Shown in pieces: positions 8,900 through 16,104 of a stretch of DNA of 27,493 bases. The stretch comes from a bacterium. GTDB taxonomy: Bacteria > Zhuqueibacterota > Zhuqueibacteria > Oceanimicrobiales > Oceanimicrobiaceae. The stretch spans positions 1-27,493 of the forward strand of contig JBHHXN010000058.1 in NCBI GenBank assembly GCA_046757025.1. The letters are read 5' to 3'. A program made the position numbers and the translations under genes. The stretch's first letter is position 1, and each line of letters begins with the position of its first letter. The notes beneath the pieces were generated by a model. The model was not told the DNA's origin. It did not search any database and saw only the letters and a program-made list of their open reading frames with translations.

Positions 8900-10024
8900 A
8901 TGAAGCAAAACAATGCCAAGATCATTGCAGGCCTGCAAATCCTAATTTTCTGTGCTTTCATGCTTGCAAAGAGAACATCTTCTGCAGAAGCTCTTACGGT
9001 GCAAGCAGAAAAAGATTCGACTAAAAAAAAAGACAGTGGTTTCACGTTCTTCCCCATCATCTTCCGCTCACCAGACACAAAATGGGCCGGCGGGGCTTCG
9101 GTTAACTATTTCTACCACGCTTCAGGTAATCAGAGCAACGGGCGACCATCCACCATTTCGCCAATCCTGATTTACACGCAAAGAAAGCAGATCATCAGCA
9201 CACTGGCCGCCGAACTTTACTTGAAGGACGATAAGTATAATCCCAGTGGAGCCATCGGGTACATTAAATTCCCCGATACATTTTATGGCGTCGGTAACCA
9301 CACATCTGAAGACATGGCGGAAGACTACAGCCAGAGAACCGTTTTCTTCGGGCTGGGTTTTCGAAAGAAGGTGCGGTCCAATTTGTATCTGGGCATCCAC
9401 TACCAGATCGGGCACGCAAAACTCCTGCAAGTCACGGAAGATGGTCTGCTGGTACAAGGAGACATTGTGGGCAGCGAGGGTGGAACGGCTTCAGGCGCCG
9501 GTTTATCAGTAAACTGGGATACCCGTAACAATATTTTCTACCCAACTTCTGGCGGGGTTTATGGAGCATCGGTAACCCTGTACCACAACGCGATAGGGAG
9601 TGAATTTGATTTTGTCCAGTACGGTATTAGTTTCACTAAATATGTCCCACTGGTTGCCTCTCATATTCTGGCTTTCCAGGGGGTTATGACTATCAGGACC
9701 GGTGCGCCACCGTTCCAGTTGTTGTCTCAATTAGGCGGCATCCTCCGGGGCTATGTCGCCAGCCGATACATCGACAGGAATTTGCTGGCCGTGCAAATGG
9801 AATACCGTATGCCGGTTTGGTGGCGGTTTGGTGTGGTTGGTTTCGCGGGATTCGGAGATGTAGCTGACAAAATAGGTCATTTTGAAGTGGGCAATCTCAA
9901 GCACTCTGTAGGATGGGGAATTCGTTATTTATTCAGCCGCGACGAAATGATCAATTTGAGAGTTGACTTCGGTTATGGCAGAGACTCTTTCAGCTTCTAT
10001 GTCACTTTTTTTGAGGCTTTTTGA
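8900..10024 (+). CDS. Omp85/BamA-TamA superfamily outer-membrane beta-barrel (surface antigen domain, no POTRA)
   Basis: WDTRNNIFYPTSG, LRGY..RYIDRN, EYRMP, GWGIRY, NLRVDFGYG, and C-terminal Phe (FFEAF). Confidence 0.85.
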   Translation: MKQNNAKIIAGLQILIFCAFMLAKRTSSAEALTVQAEKDSTKKKDSGFTFFPIIFRSPDTKWAGGASVNYFYHASGNQSNGRPSTISPILIYTQRKQIISTLAAELYLKDDKYNPSGAIGYIKFPDTFYGVGNHTSEDMAEDYSQRTVFFGLGFRKKVRSNLYLGIHYQIGHAKLLQVTEDGLLVQGDIVGSEGGTASGAGLSVNWDTRNNIFYPTSGGVYGASVTLYHNAIGSEFDFVQYGISFTKYVPLVASHILAFQGVMTIRTGAPPFQLLSQLGGILRGYVASRYIDRNLLAVQMEYRMPVWWRFGVVGFAGFGDVADKIGHFEVGNLKHSVGWGIRYLFSRDEMINLRVDFGYGRDSFSFYVTFFEAF

Positions 10025-10078
10025 GATTGATTCTTAACTTCCCGTCCCGCTGCCGGGTGATCTCACCACAATACCTGC

Positions 10079-10384
10079 CTACTCCTCCTCTTTTAAGATG
10101 ACGATCGTCGCGCCCCAGCCGCCAAACTCGGGCGGCGCGTCGCCAAAGGATTCCACCTCCGGATGATTCTCAAGCTCCTTCCGCACCATCCACTTCAATT
10201 TGCTTTTGCCCTTGCCGTGAATGATCCGCAAACGCTGCAGATGCAAAGAGCGGGCGTTTTCGATGAACGCCTCTACGACTTCCGGCACCTGTTCCGGGAA
10301 AAATCCGTGCAAGTCCAGAACATCGGTCACCCGGAAATATTCCGGCAGCTCTTCTTCCGCATCTAAACGGTTGTTCTCATCCAT
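10079..10384 (-). CDS. Stand-alone Smr/MutS2 C-terminal domain protein
   Basis: LDLHG, RIIHGKG and GGWGAT Smr motifs. Confidence 0.92.
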   Translation of the reverse strand: MDENNRLDAEEELPEYFRVTDVLDLHGFFPEQVPEVVEAFIENARSLHLQRLRIIHGKGKSKLKWMVRKELENHPEVESFGDAPPEFGGWGATIVILKEEE

Positions 10385-10476
10385 AATCCTTGCGCAATTA
10401 ATTTAATTTGTTTACTTTTCACCTTCACGAATTTAAGCAGCAATTTCTCTTTTAAACTTGTAAAACTGCGAGCAAC

Positions 10477-10965
10477 ATGAAAATAGGCGTCATTTCGGAT
10501 ACACACGGATTCATCCATCCCAAAGTGTTTTCGATATTCGACGGGGTGGAGCAGATTCTGCACGCCGGCGATATCGGCAGCGAAGATATCGTCACCAGCC
10601 TGGAAACCCTGGCGCCGGTGCAGGCTGTTTACGGCAACATCGACTCCTTTCCGCTCACTTCCCGCTACCCTGAAATCCTGACCCTGGAACTGGCTGAGTT
10701 TACCGTCTGTATTTTGCATCAATATTTTGGCATGGACCATCCCCTCATCCAAAACGCCGTCAAAAATACACCGAAGAAAAAAATTGACCTGTTAATTTAC
10801 GGTCATACTCACCAGGCCCAATTAGAACGGCAGGGCGATCTGCTGCTCTTTAATCCCGGCGCCGCCGGCCGGCAGCGGTTTTCGTTACGGCCTGCCGTGG
10901 GTTTGCTCACCCTGGACATCCGCGGTGCCATGCTCCCTGAAATTATCTATTTAGATGCCAAATAA
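10477..10965 (+). CDS. YfcE/MJ0936-like metallophosphoesterase
   Basis: ISDTH, HAGD, VYGNID, GHTH and NPG calcineurin-like motifs. Confidence 0.9.
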   Translation: MKIGVISDTHGFIHPKVFSIFDGVEQILHAGDIGSEDIVTSLETLAPVQAVYGNIDSFPLTSRYPEILTLELAEFTVCILHQYFGMDHPLIQNAVKNTPKKKIDLLIYGHTHQAQLERQGDLLLFNPGAAGRQRFSLRPAVGLLTLDIRGAMLPEIIYLDAK

Positions 10966-10979
10966 ATATATATTTTTTA

Positions 10980-11008
10980 TTGACTCCATACAATAATTTT
11001 GTTATATT
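10980..11008 (+). promoter_or_regulatory. Sigma-70-type promoter of the tRNA-Lys pair
   Basis: TTGACT-17 bp-TATATT with an extended -10 TG (11000-11001), 75 bp upstream of the first tRNA. Confidence 0.7.
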
Positions 11009-11082
11009 ACCACCGTTTTTTATGGAGCAACTGAGCAAGACGGGTACTGGGAGATAGCAACCCATTTGAAAACGATTTAAAA

Positions 11083-11155
11083 GAGGGTATAGCTCAGCTG
11101 GTAGAGCAGCGGCCTTTTAAGCCGTTGGCCGAAGGTTCGAATCCTTCTACCCTCA
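11083..11155 (+). tRNA. tRNA-Lys (anticodon TTT)
   Basis: Acceptor stem GAGGGTA/TACCCTC, D arm GCTC/GAGC, anticodon loop CTTTTAA, T loop TTCGAAT; CCA not encoded. Confidence 0.96.
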
Positions 11156-11164
11156 CTTCTGCAT

Positions 11165-11237
11165 GCGTCGTTAGCTCAACTGGCAGAGCAGGGGCCTCTT
11201 AAGCCCAAGGTTCGGGGTTCGATTCCCTGACGACGCA
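11165..11237 (+). tRNA. tRNA-Lys (anticodon CTT)
   Basis: Acceptor stem GCGTCGT/ACGACGC, anticodon loop CTCTTAA, T loop TTCGATT. G-A mismatch at the top of the anticodon stem; CCA not encoded. Confidence 0.94.
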
Positions 11238-11532
11238 CTAATCAGGACTATTCAAATCGACCTCCACTACTTTATTTTGCCTCTAAAATAAATAAAATTA
11301 AAAAACACTTTACCACAAAACGGCACGGCAGGGTTCAGGATTCGTGAAATGATCCGACAATTTGATATGCATTCGGAACTCGGCTGGCAACAAATTATCG
11401 AAAATATGCAATAGACCTCTACGACTGCTGAATGGTTGAATATACGCAGTTGCCATAAAAACGACACGTGTATTCACCCGCAAAGCGGCCACGAAGCCCC
11501 GTTCACTGCTGGCTGTTTGTTTAAATATTCGC

Positions 11533-11561
11533 TTGCGACTGAAGGACAAACTTAGTATATT
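11533..11561 (+). promoter_or_regulatory. Sigma-70-type promoter abutting the start codon of the DedA/VTT gene
   Basis: TTGCGA-17 bp-TATATT; the -10 box ends 5 nt before GTG 11567. Confidence 0.5.
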
Positions 11562-11566
11562 CTTGC

Positions 11567-12283
11567 GTGAAGAAAATCAAAGTCGATATCCGCTCCCTAA
11601 TTAAATTTCTGTTAGCCGCCATTCTGTTTGCCGCGTACTGGTACTGGATCAACCAGAAAATAATTTCAGACGCATCGCCGGTGTACGGTTTGTTTGGATT
11701 TTTTCTCCTGATTTGCGCCTGCACGGCGTTTTTCCCGCTGCCCGCTAATTTGCTGGTGCTAGGTGCGGTAAAAAATAATGATCCTTTAGTCGTGGCTTTC
11801 GTCGCCGGTCTGGGCACCATCGGCGCCTACTCGCTTGAATATCTCTTTTTCACGGTGCTGTTCAAATTCAACAAAGTCGCCAATTTTAAAAATAACTGGC
11901 TCTATCAGAAAGTGGCGCCGCTGTTCAACAAACACCGGTTTTTCATCCTTTCATTTGCGTCGTTTTTACCCATTCCTTCCGAGCCGCTGCGAATTTATGC
12001 CATCACGTTGAGATACTCGAAAATCTTATATTTGCTCTCCGGCTTCATCGGTAAAACCGGGCGTTTTTATTTATTGGCGTATTTCGGAAAAGATTACGTG
12101 AATTCCCTCTGGTTTTTAATCGCGGTATTGGTTTCCCCGGGGATTTTTCTGTTCTTGATCCGGATTGCAATGAGCGCCTGGAGCCTGATTCAAATCAAAT
12201 TTTTCGCTAAACCACTGGAATCGCAAGTGACTCTGCCGATTTCCCCTGCCGCTTCTTCCCCGAACATCGGCGAATCCGAGTAA
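11567..12283 (+). CDS. DedA/VTT (SNARE-associated, YqaA-like) membrane protein
   Basis: Multiple TM segments; FFPLPAN, AGLGTIGAYSLEY, SFLPIPSEP and GKTGRF motifs. Confidence 0.78.
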   Translation: MKKIKVDIRSLIKFLLAAILFAAYWYWINQKIISDASPVYGLFGFFLLICACTAFFPLPANLLVLGAVKNNDPLVVAFVAGLGTIGAYSLEYLFFTVLFKFNKVANFKNNWLYQKVAPLFNKHRFFILSFASFLPIPSEPLRIYAITLRYSKILYLLSGFIGKTGRFYLLAYFGKDYVNSLWFLIAVLVSPGIFLFLIRIAMSAWSLIQIKFFAKPLESQVTLPISPAASSPNIGESE

Positions 12284-12367
12284 AATCGGCTCAGGCCAGA
12301 ATTGGTTTGATTGAGGAAAATATCCCACCCATTCGCAATTAATTATGATAATTTAACAATTTATTGC

Positions 12368-12396
12368 TTGATTGTGATTGTAAAAAATCTTAAAAT
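12368..12396 (+). promoter_or_regulatory. Sigma-70-type promoter with no downstream CDS on this strand
   Basis: TTGATT-17 bp-TAAAAT. Confidence 0.55.
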
Positions 12397-12402
12397 GGAA
12401 TT

Positions 12403-12535
12403 AGAAAAAGGGAGCATCTCCCGTCTGTGATGGCAGGGATGCAGAAATAAGGCGGTCATTCTATATTAAACCCGTTTTATTTGGTCTGAAGGAATAGAAA
12501 GGCACAACATGCAGGAAGCGGTTGTGCCTTTTTTT
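12403..12535 (+). ncRNA. Candidate small non-coding RNA with three hairpins ending in an intrinsic terminator
   Basis: Promoter immediately upstream. Stems at 12414-12442, 12445-12482 and 12498-12531, then a T run to 12535. No ORF. Confidence 0.5.
12498..12535 (+). terminator. Rho-independent terminator, possibly also serving the convergent ccm operon
   Basis: AAAGGCACAAC...GTTGTGCCTTTTTTT. Confidence 0.8.
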
Positions 12536-12584
12536 ATTGTGGAATGTATGGCACTCTGTGCTGGAAAGAGGGCGACAAAGCACT

Positions 12585-13073
12585 TTAGCCTTGCGTGACC
12601 GCTGCCACCGTTTCTAAATCCGCGATGATTCTTTTTTGGCGACGCGAAATACTCAACAGATAAAGAAAAATAGCCAGCCAGACAATGGTGTAAGCCGCCA
12701 TCAAAAAATTGAGCCGGTAGTTGTAGCCGGAGCCCACGATGGTAACCCGGTCGGCTGCGGTTTCCTCCCCTTCGGGTTTGACCTCCAGGTAATATTTGTA
12801 AAACGACAACTTCAAGGGATTCACACTTCCTAACAAAACCTCATATTTGCCGTCGGTTATTTCAACGTTGATATGGGTTTCCGACCAGATAGCCTTCTCG
12901 CTTCTCATGCTTTTATAGATGCTGAATTTAAGATTCAAGTTTCCATTGAATGGCGAGCCGTCGCTGTTCTGGTAGGCCCCCTGGTAGTGCACTAAACGCG
13001 CAACTTGAGCCGGCGATTTCTGTACCCAAATGAAACTCATGAAAACCATCGCGATTAAAAAATACTTTTTCAT
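12585..13073 (-). CDS. CcmD-like heme exporter protein D fused behind a signal peptide and a soluble beta domain
   Basis: Lies directly downstream of ccmC. C-terminal FLMAAYTIVWLAIFLYLLSISRRQKRIIADL matches the CcmD pattern (TM helix plus basic coil). The N-terminal ~115 aa are not part of canonical CcmD. Confidence 0.7.
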   Translation of the reverse strand: MKKYFLIAMVFMSFIWVQKSPAQVARLVHYQGAYQNSDGSPFNGNLNLKFSIYKSMRSEKAIWSETHINVEITDGKYEVLLGSVNPLKLSFYKYYLEVKPEGEETAADRVTIVGSGYNYRLNFLMAAYTIVWLAIFLYLLSISRRQKRIIADLETVAAVTQG

Positions 13074-13113
13074 GTTAGTGAATTCCTCCCAAACAGATTA
13101 ATCCAAATCCAAT

Positions 13114-13809
13114 TTAATAAGCCAGTTGATTTTTAATTTCAGCTACAGCCACAGCGCTTTTTTGTAATCGAATACGCTGTATCAGCAGGACGGCAAACAG
13201 CAGCGTGAACGTGAACAGACTGAAAAAAAAGGTGAGCTTGATATCGGGGCTCATGCCCGAACCGGAGCCGCCGCCCACCACAGGGCTGGGATGGATGTCC
13301 CGCCACAATCGAATGGAGAGGTAAACGATGGGCACATCTACAAAGCCAACGATTCCGAACACCGCGGCCAGACGCGCGCCTTTTTCTTTATCCTCGGTAA
13401 AATTGTGCAGCATCAGATAGGCCAGATAGATGAACCAGAGCACCAAAAACAAGGTCAGTCGCGGACTCCACTCCCACCAGGTGTTCCAAACCGGCTTCGC
13501 CCAGATCGGCCCGGTGATCAAAACCAGCGTGGCGAAAATCACACCGATTTCAGCCGCTGAATAGGCCACGTTATCGTATTTGATGTCCTTTTTCACCAGA
13601 TAGCCAATACTGCCAACGAACACCACAAAGAAAGCTAAAAACGCGACCCACGCCGAAGGCACGTGAAAATAGAAAATACGCTGCACCTGACCCATGGCGC
13701 TTTCTTCTGGTGCATAGACGAAAATTAAAAAAAGATCGACCAGCATGGCCACAAATAAGCTCACCGCAAGCAGCCAAAACCAGCGGTTATTTGAATCTTG
13801 CTTTATCAT
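13114..13809 (-). CDS. ccmC: Heme exporter protein C (cytochrome c maturation system I)
   Basis: RIFYFHVPSAW, Trp-rich WAKPVWNTWWEWSPRLT, and WRDIHP (both heme-ligand His present). Start ATG 13809 follows AAGGAG. Confidence 0.92.
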   Translation of the reverse strand: MIKQDSNNRWFWLLAVSLFVAMLVDLFLIFVYAPEESAMGQVQRIFYFHVPSAWVAFLAFFVVFVGSIGYLVKKDIKYDNVAYSAAEIGVIFATLVLITGPIWAKPVWNTWWEWSPRLTLFLVLWFIYLAYLMLHNFTEDKEKGARLAAVFGIVGFVDVPIVYLSIRLWRDIHPSPVVGGGSGSGMSPDIKLTFFFSLFTFTLLFAVLLIQRIRLQKSAVAVAEIKNQLAY

Positions 13810-13830
13810 TGCAAACACTCCTTTTATGGC

Positions 13831-14508
13831 TTATTCCTCGATGATGTACTCAAACGTTAATATTGCGATTATAAAAAAAATAATATCAAAGGCAATAATT
13901 ATTTTAACGAAATTCCAGACGACGCCCCATTGTTCTCCCTGAAAAATGGCAGCGGTAGCCTGCACCGCACCGATGATGATGGGAATGGACACGGGAAAAT
14001 GCAAAATCGGCAGCATCACTTCCCGGGTTTTGGTGTTTACCGAAATGGCGGAAAACAGCGTGCCGATGACCGCGATACCAATTGTGGTAATAAAAATGAC
14101 AAACAGCAATTCCCAGAAAACATCCAGAATATTAAAGTCAAAAAAGATGCTAAAAATGGGCAGAATAATGGCCTCCACCAGACTGATAAAAATGAGGTTC
14201 ACCAGCAATTTGCTAATATAAATCACCACCCGGCTGACAGGCGCCAGCATGATTCCCTGCAGACATCCTTTATCGACCTCGTACACAAATGAACGATTCA
14301 TTCCCAGCAAACTGGCAAAAATAAAAGTCATCCATAAAATACCGGGGGCCGCTTCCTGGATAAATTCGCTGGCGATGGGAAAGGAAAAGTTGAAGATCAC
14401 CGCCACCATCAAGCTGAATACCAGCATGGACAAGATCATCTCTTTGGTGCGAAATTCAGAAAGCAGGTCTTTCCACAAAATGGCGTTGATTTTACGCAGC
14501 ATGGTCAT
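13831..14508 (-). CDS. ccmB: Heme exporter protein B
   Basis: WKDLLSEFR, PGILW, RSFVYEVDKG and REVMLPILHFP; overlaps the ccmA stop. Confidence 0.93.
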   Translation of the reverse strand: MTMLRKINAILWKDLLSEFRTKEMILSMLVFSLMVAVIFNFSFPIASEFIQEAAPGILWMTFIFASLLGMNRSFVYEVDKGCLQGIMLAPVSRVVIYISKLLVNLIFISLVEAIILPIFSIFFDFNILDVFWELLFVIFITTIGIAVIGTLFSAISVNTKTREVMLPILHFPVSIPIIIGAVQATAAIFQGEQWGVVWNFVKIIIAFDIIFFIIAILTFEYIIEE

Positions 14509-15230
14509 TTTTCATTTTGAGAAACCAATTCGTAATAAGTTTGTCTGAAATGCTTGTGGTCAATCCCGGAGCGCTCCTTTTCGTAAACCATTTTCCCTCT
14601 GTTCAGGATGGCGATGCGATTAGCCATGTCGATGCCGCGCTCGAGATCATGGGTAACCATGATGGTGGTGCGTCGGTCATCCCGCAGGCGTTTGAGCCAG
14701 CCGGAAAGCATCTCCGAAGCGTGCTGGTCCAGGCCGGTGTAGGGCTCGTCCAACAGCAGAATAGAGGGCTCGTGCAGCATGGCGCGGGCGATGGACAGGC
14801 GCTGCTGCATGCCACGGGAGAAATTGCGCACCCGGTCCCGCCGGCGCAGCTTCAGCCCGACTTCCGCGATGATGGATTCGATTTTTGAACTTATATCGCG
14901 CACGTCATACAGTTTGCCGTAAAAACGCAGATTCTCTTCAGCAGTTAGATCTTCATACAAAAAAGTCTGGTGGGCAATGACACCAATTTGACTACGAATT
15001 TGCTCTGGTGCCTCCTGCAAAGAAAAACCTCCAACAGTGATTTGACCTCTGGAGGCTTTCGTAATGGTGGAAAGAATTCTGATGAGGGTGGTTTTGCCAG
15101 CGCCATTGGGGCCGAAAATGGTCAGGAACTCCCCTTTGGATAATTTGAAACTGACATTTTTTAAAGCATGGTGATTTCCAAAAGTTTTGGTTAAGCCGTT
15201 GACTTCAATGACTGCCGTATCCAGAATCAT
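14505..15230 (-). CDS. ccmA: Heme exporter ABC ATPase
   Basis: GPNGAGKT, FSRGMQQR, LLLDEP and LTAEENLRFY; directly upstream of ccmB and ccmC. Confidence 0.92.
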   Translation of the reverse strand: MILDTAVIEVNGLTKTFGNHHALKNVSFKLSKGEFLTIFGPNGAGKTTLIRILSTITKASRGQITVGGFSLQEAPEQIRSQIGVIAHQTFLYEDLTAEENLRFYGKLYDVRDISSKIESIIAEVGLKLRRRDRVRNFSRGMQQRLSIARAMLHEPSILLLDEPYTGLDQHASEMLSGWLKRLRDDRRTTIMVTHDLERGIDMANRIAILNRGKMVYEKERSGIDHKHFRQTYYELVSQNEK

Positions 15231-15284
15231 CTCCTCGTTCTTTTCACACTTTCTCGTTTTTTAATTGAAACTGAATTCTTCGGC

Positions 15285-15710
15285 TCATTCCTGAATCAGG
15301 TTGGTACCGCAGTTTGCACAAAATCGGTCAAGTTCAGTGACCGCCAGTCCGCAGATCCAGCAATATTTGATTGAGCTGTCCCCGCGCTTTTGAGCGGATT
15401 TGCCTTTACTAAATTGCCGTTTCTTGCTTTGAATTTTGTCGATTTTTTTTAACAATCCCACGGCTTCCTGCTTGTATTGCTGTCGCAATTCTTGAAAATC
15501 TTCTTCAGAAAGTTTTCCCATCTGATAGTCAAACTCCAGCTCTTTGATGGCCGCATAAATATTTTCTTTTCTTTCAACCAGCTCGTTTGCCCGATGGTTG
15601 GTCTCCGGGTTTGCCCACTGGCCCTGCCGCATTTTGGCCTGAACGATGGGCAGCACCACGAAATAGGTTACCAGCATGGTTAAAAGTAGAAAAATAATGA
15701 TGGTCGTCAT
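15285..15710 (-). CDS. CcmI-N-terminus-like membrane protein with a C-terminal zinc ribbon
   Basis: N-terminal TM helix, IKELEFDYQMGKLSEEDF (CcmI/CycH N-terminal-like), and CWICG..RFCANCG. Start set to ATG 15710 after GAGG. Confidence 0.72.
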   Translation of the reverse strand: MTTIIIFLLLTMLVTYFVVLPIVQAKMRQGQWANPETNHRANELVERKENIYAAIKELEFDYQMGKLSEEDFQELRQQYKQEAVGLLKKIDKIQSKKRQFSKGKSAQKRGDSSIKYCWICGLAVTELDRFCANCGTNLIQE

Positions 15711-15755
15711 TTTTGTATTTTCCTCACAAAGTTTTAAAATGAATCTCGCGGGTGA

Positions 15756-15784
15756 AATATACAAACATTCGTCGCGTTTTCCAA
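15756..15784 (-). promoter_or_regulatory. Sigma-70-type promoter of the ccm operon
   Basis: Minus strand TTGGAA-17 bp-TATATT, about 45 bp upstream of ATG 15710. Confidence 0.5.
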
Positions 15785-15899
15785 CTGAAAAAGAAATGAA
15801 AAAGCGTGTTTTTATTGATCTCTCAAAAAAAATGAAACTGCTAAACTTAACAATGTGCAGGCGCTGCCGAATAAACAAAAAACCTTAAGGCGCTTTGCC

Positions 15900-16084
15900 C
15901 ACGGTTATCCAATTAGCTCAGAAAATGTCATTCTGAAGGAGCGAAGCGACTGAAGAATCTCAGACCACCAAACTGTATTCATTCAATCACAAGCTCAGTA
16001 GCATGAGATTCTTCGCTCTCCCGCTGCGCGGAATCGCTCAGAATGACAATCCTGGATGAGGGCTGAGTTAACTGGATAACCGTA
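15900..16084. mobile_element. 185-bp MITE-like element with terminal inverted repeats, a 9-bp target-site duplication and an internal palindromic repeat
   Basis: ACGGTTATCCAATTAGCTCAG (15901-15921) vs CTGAGTTAACTGGATAACCGT (16063-16083), 19/21 match. CGCTTTGCC at 15891-15899 and 16085-16093. Inner arms TGTCATTCTGA/TCAGAATGACA and GAAGAATCTCA/TGAGATTCTTC. Confidence 0.85.
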
Positions 16085-16104
16085 CGCTTTGCCTCCTAAC
16101 CAAG

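Noticed and set aside
11238..11530. Possible integration site or cargo downstream of the tRNA-Lys pair
   Set aside because: No integrase and no duplicate of a tRNA 3' end was seen in the window; short ORFs here are uninformative.
15711..15878. N-terminal extension of the zinc-ribbon ORF given in the ORF track
   Set aside because: It covers the promoter region; ATG 15710 has an RBS and starts with the TM helix.
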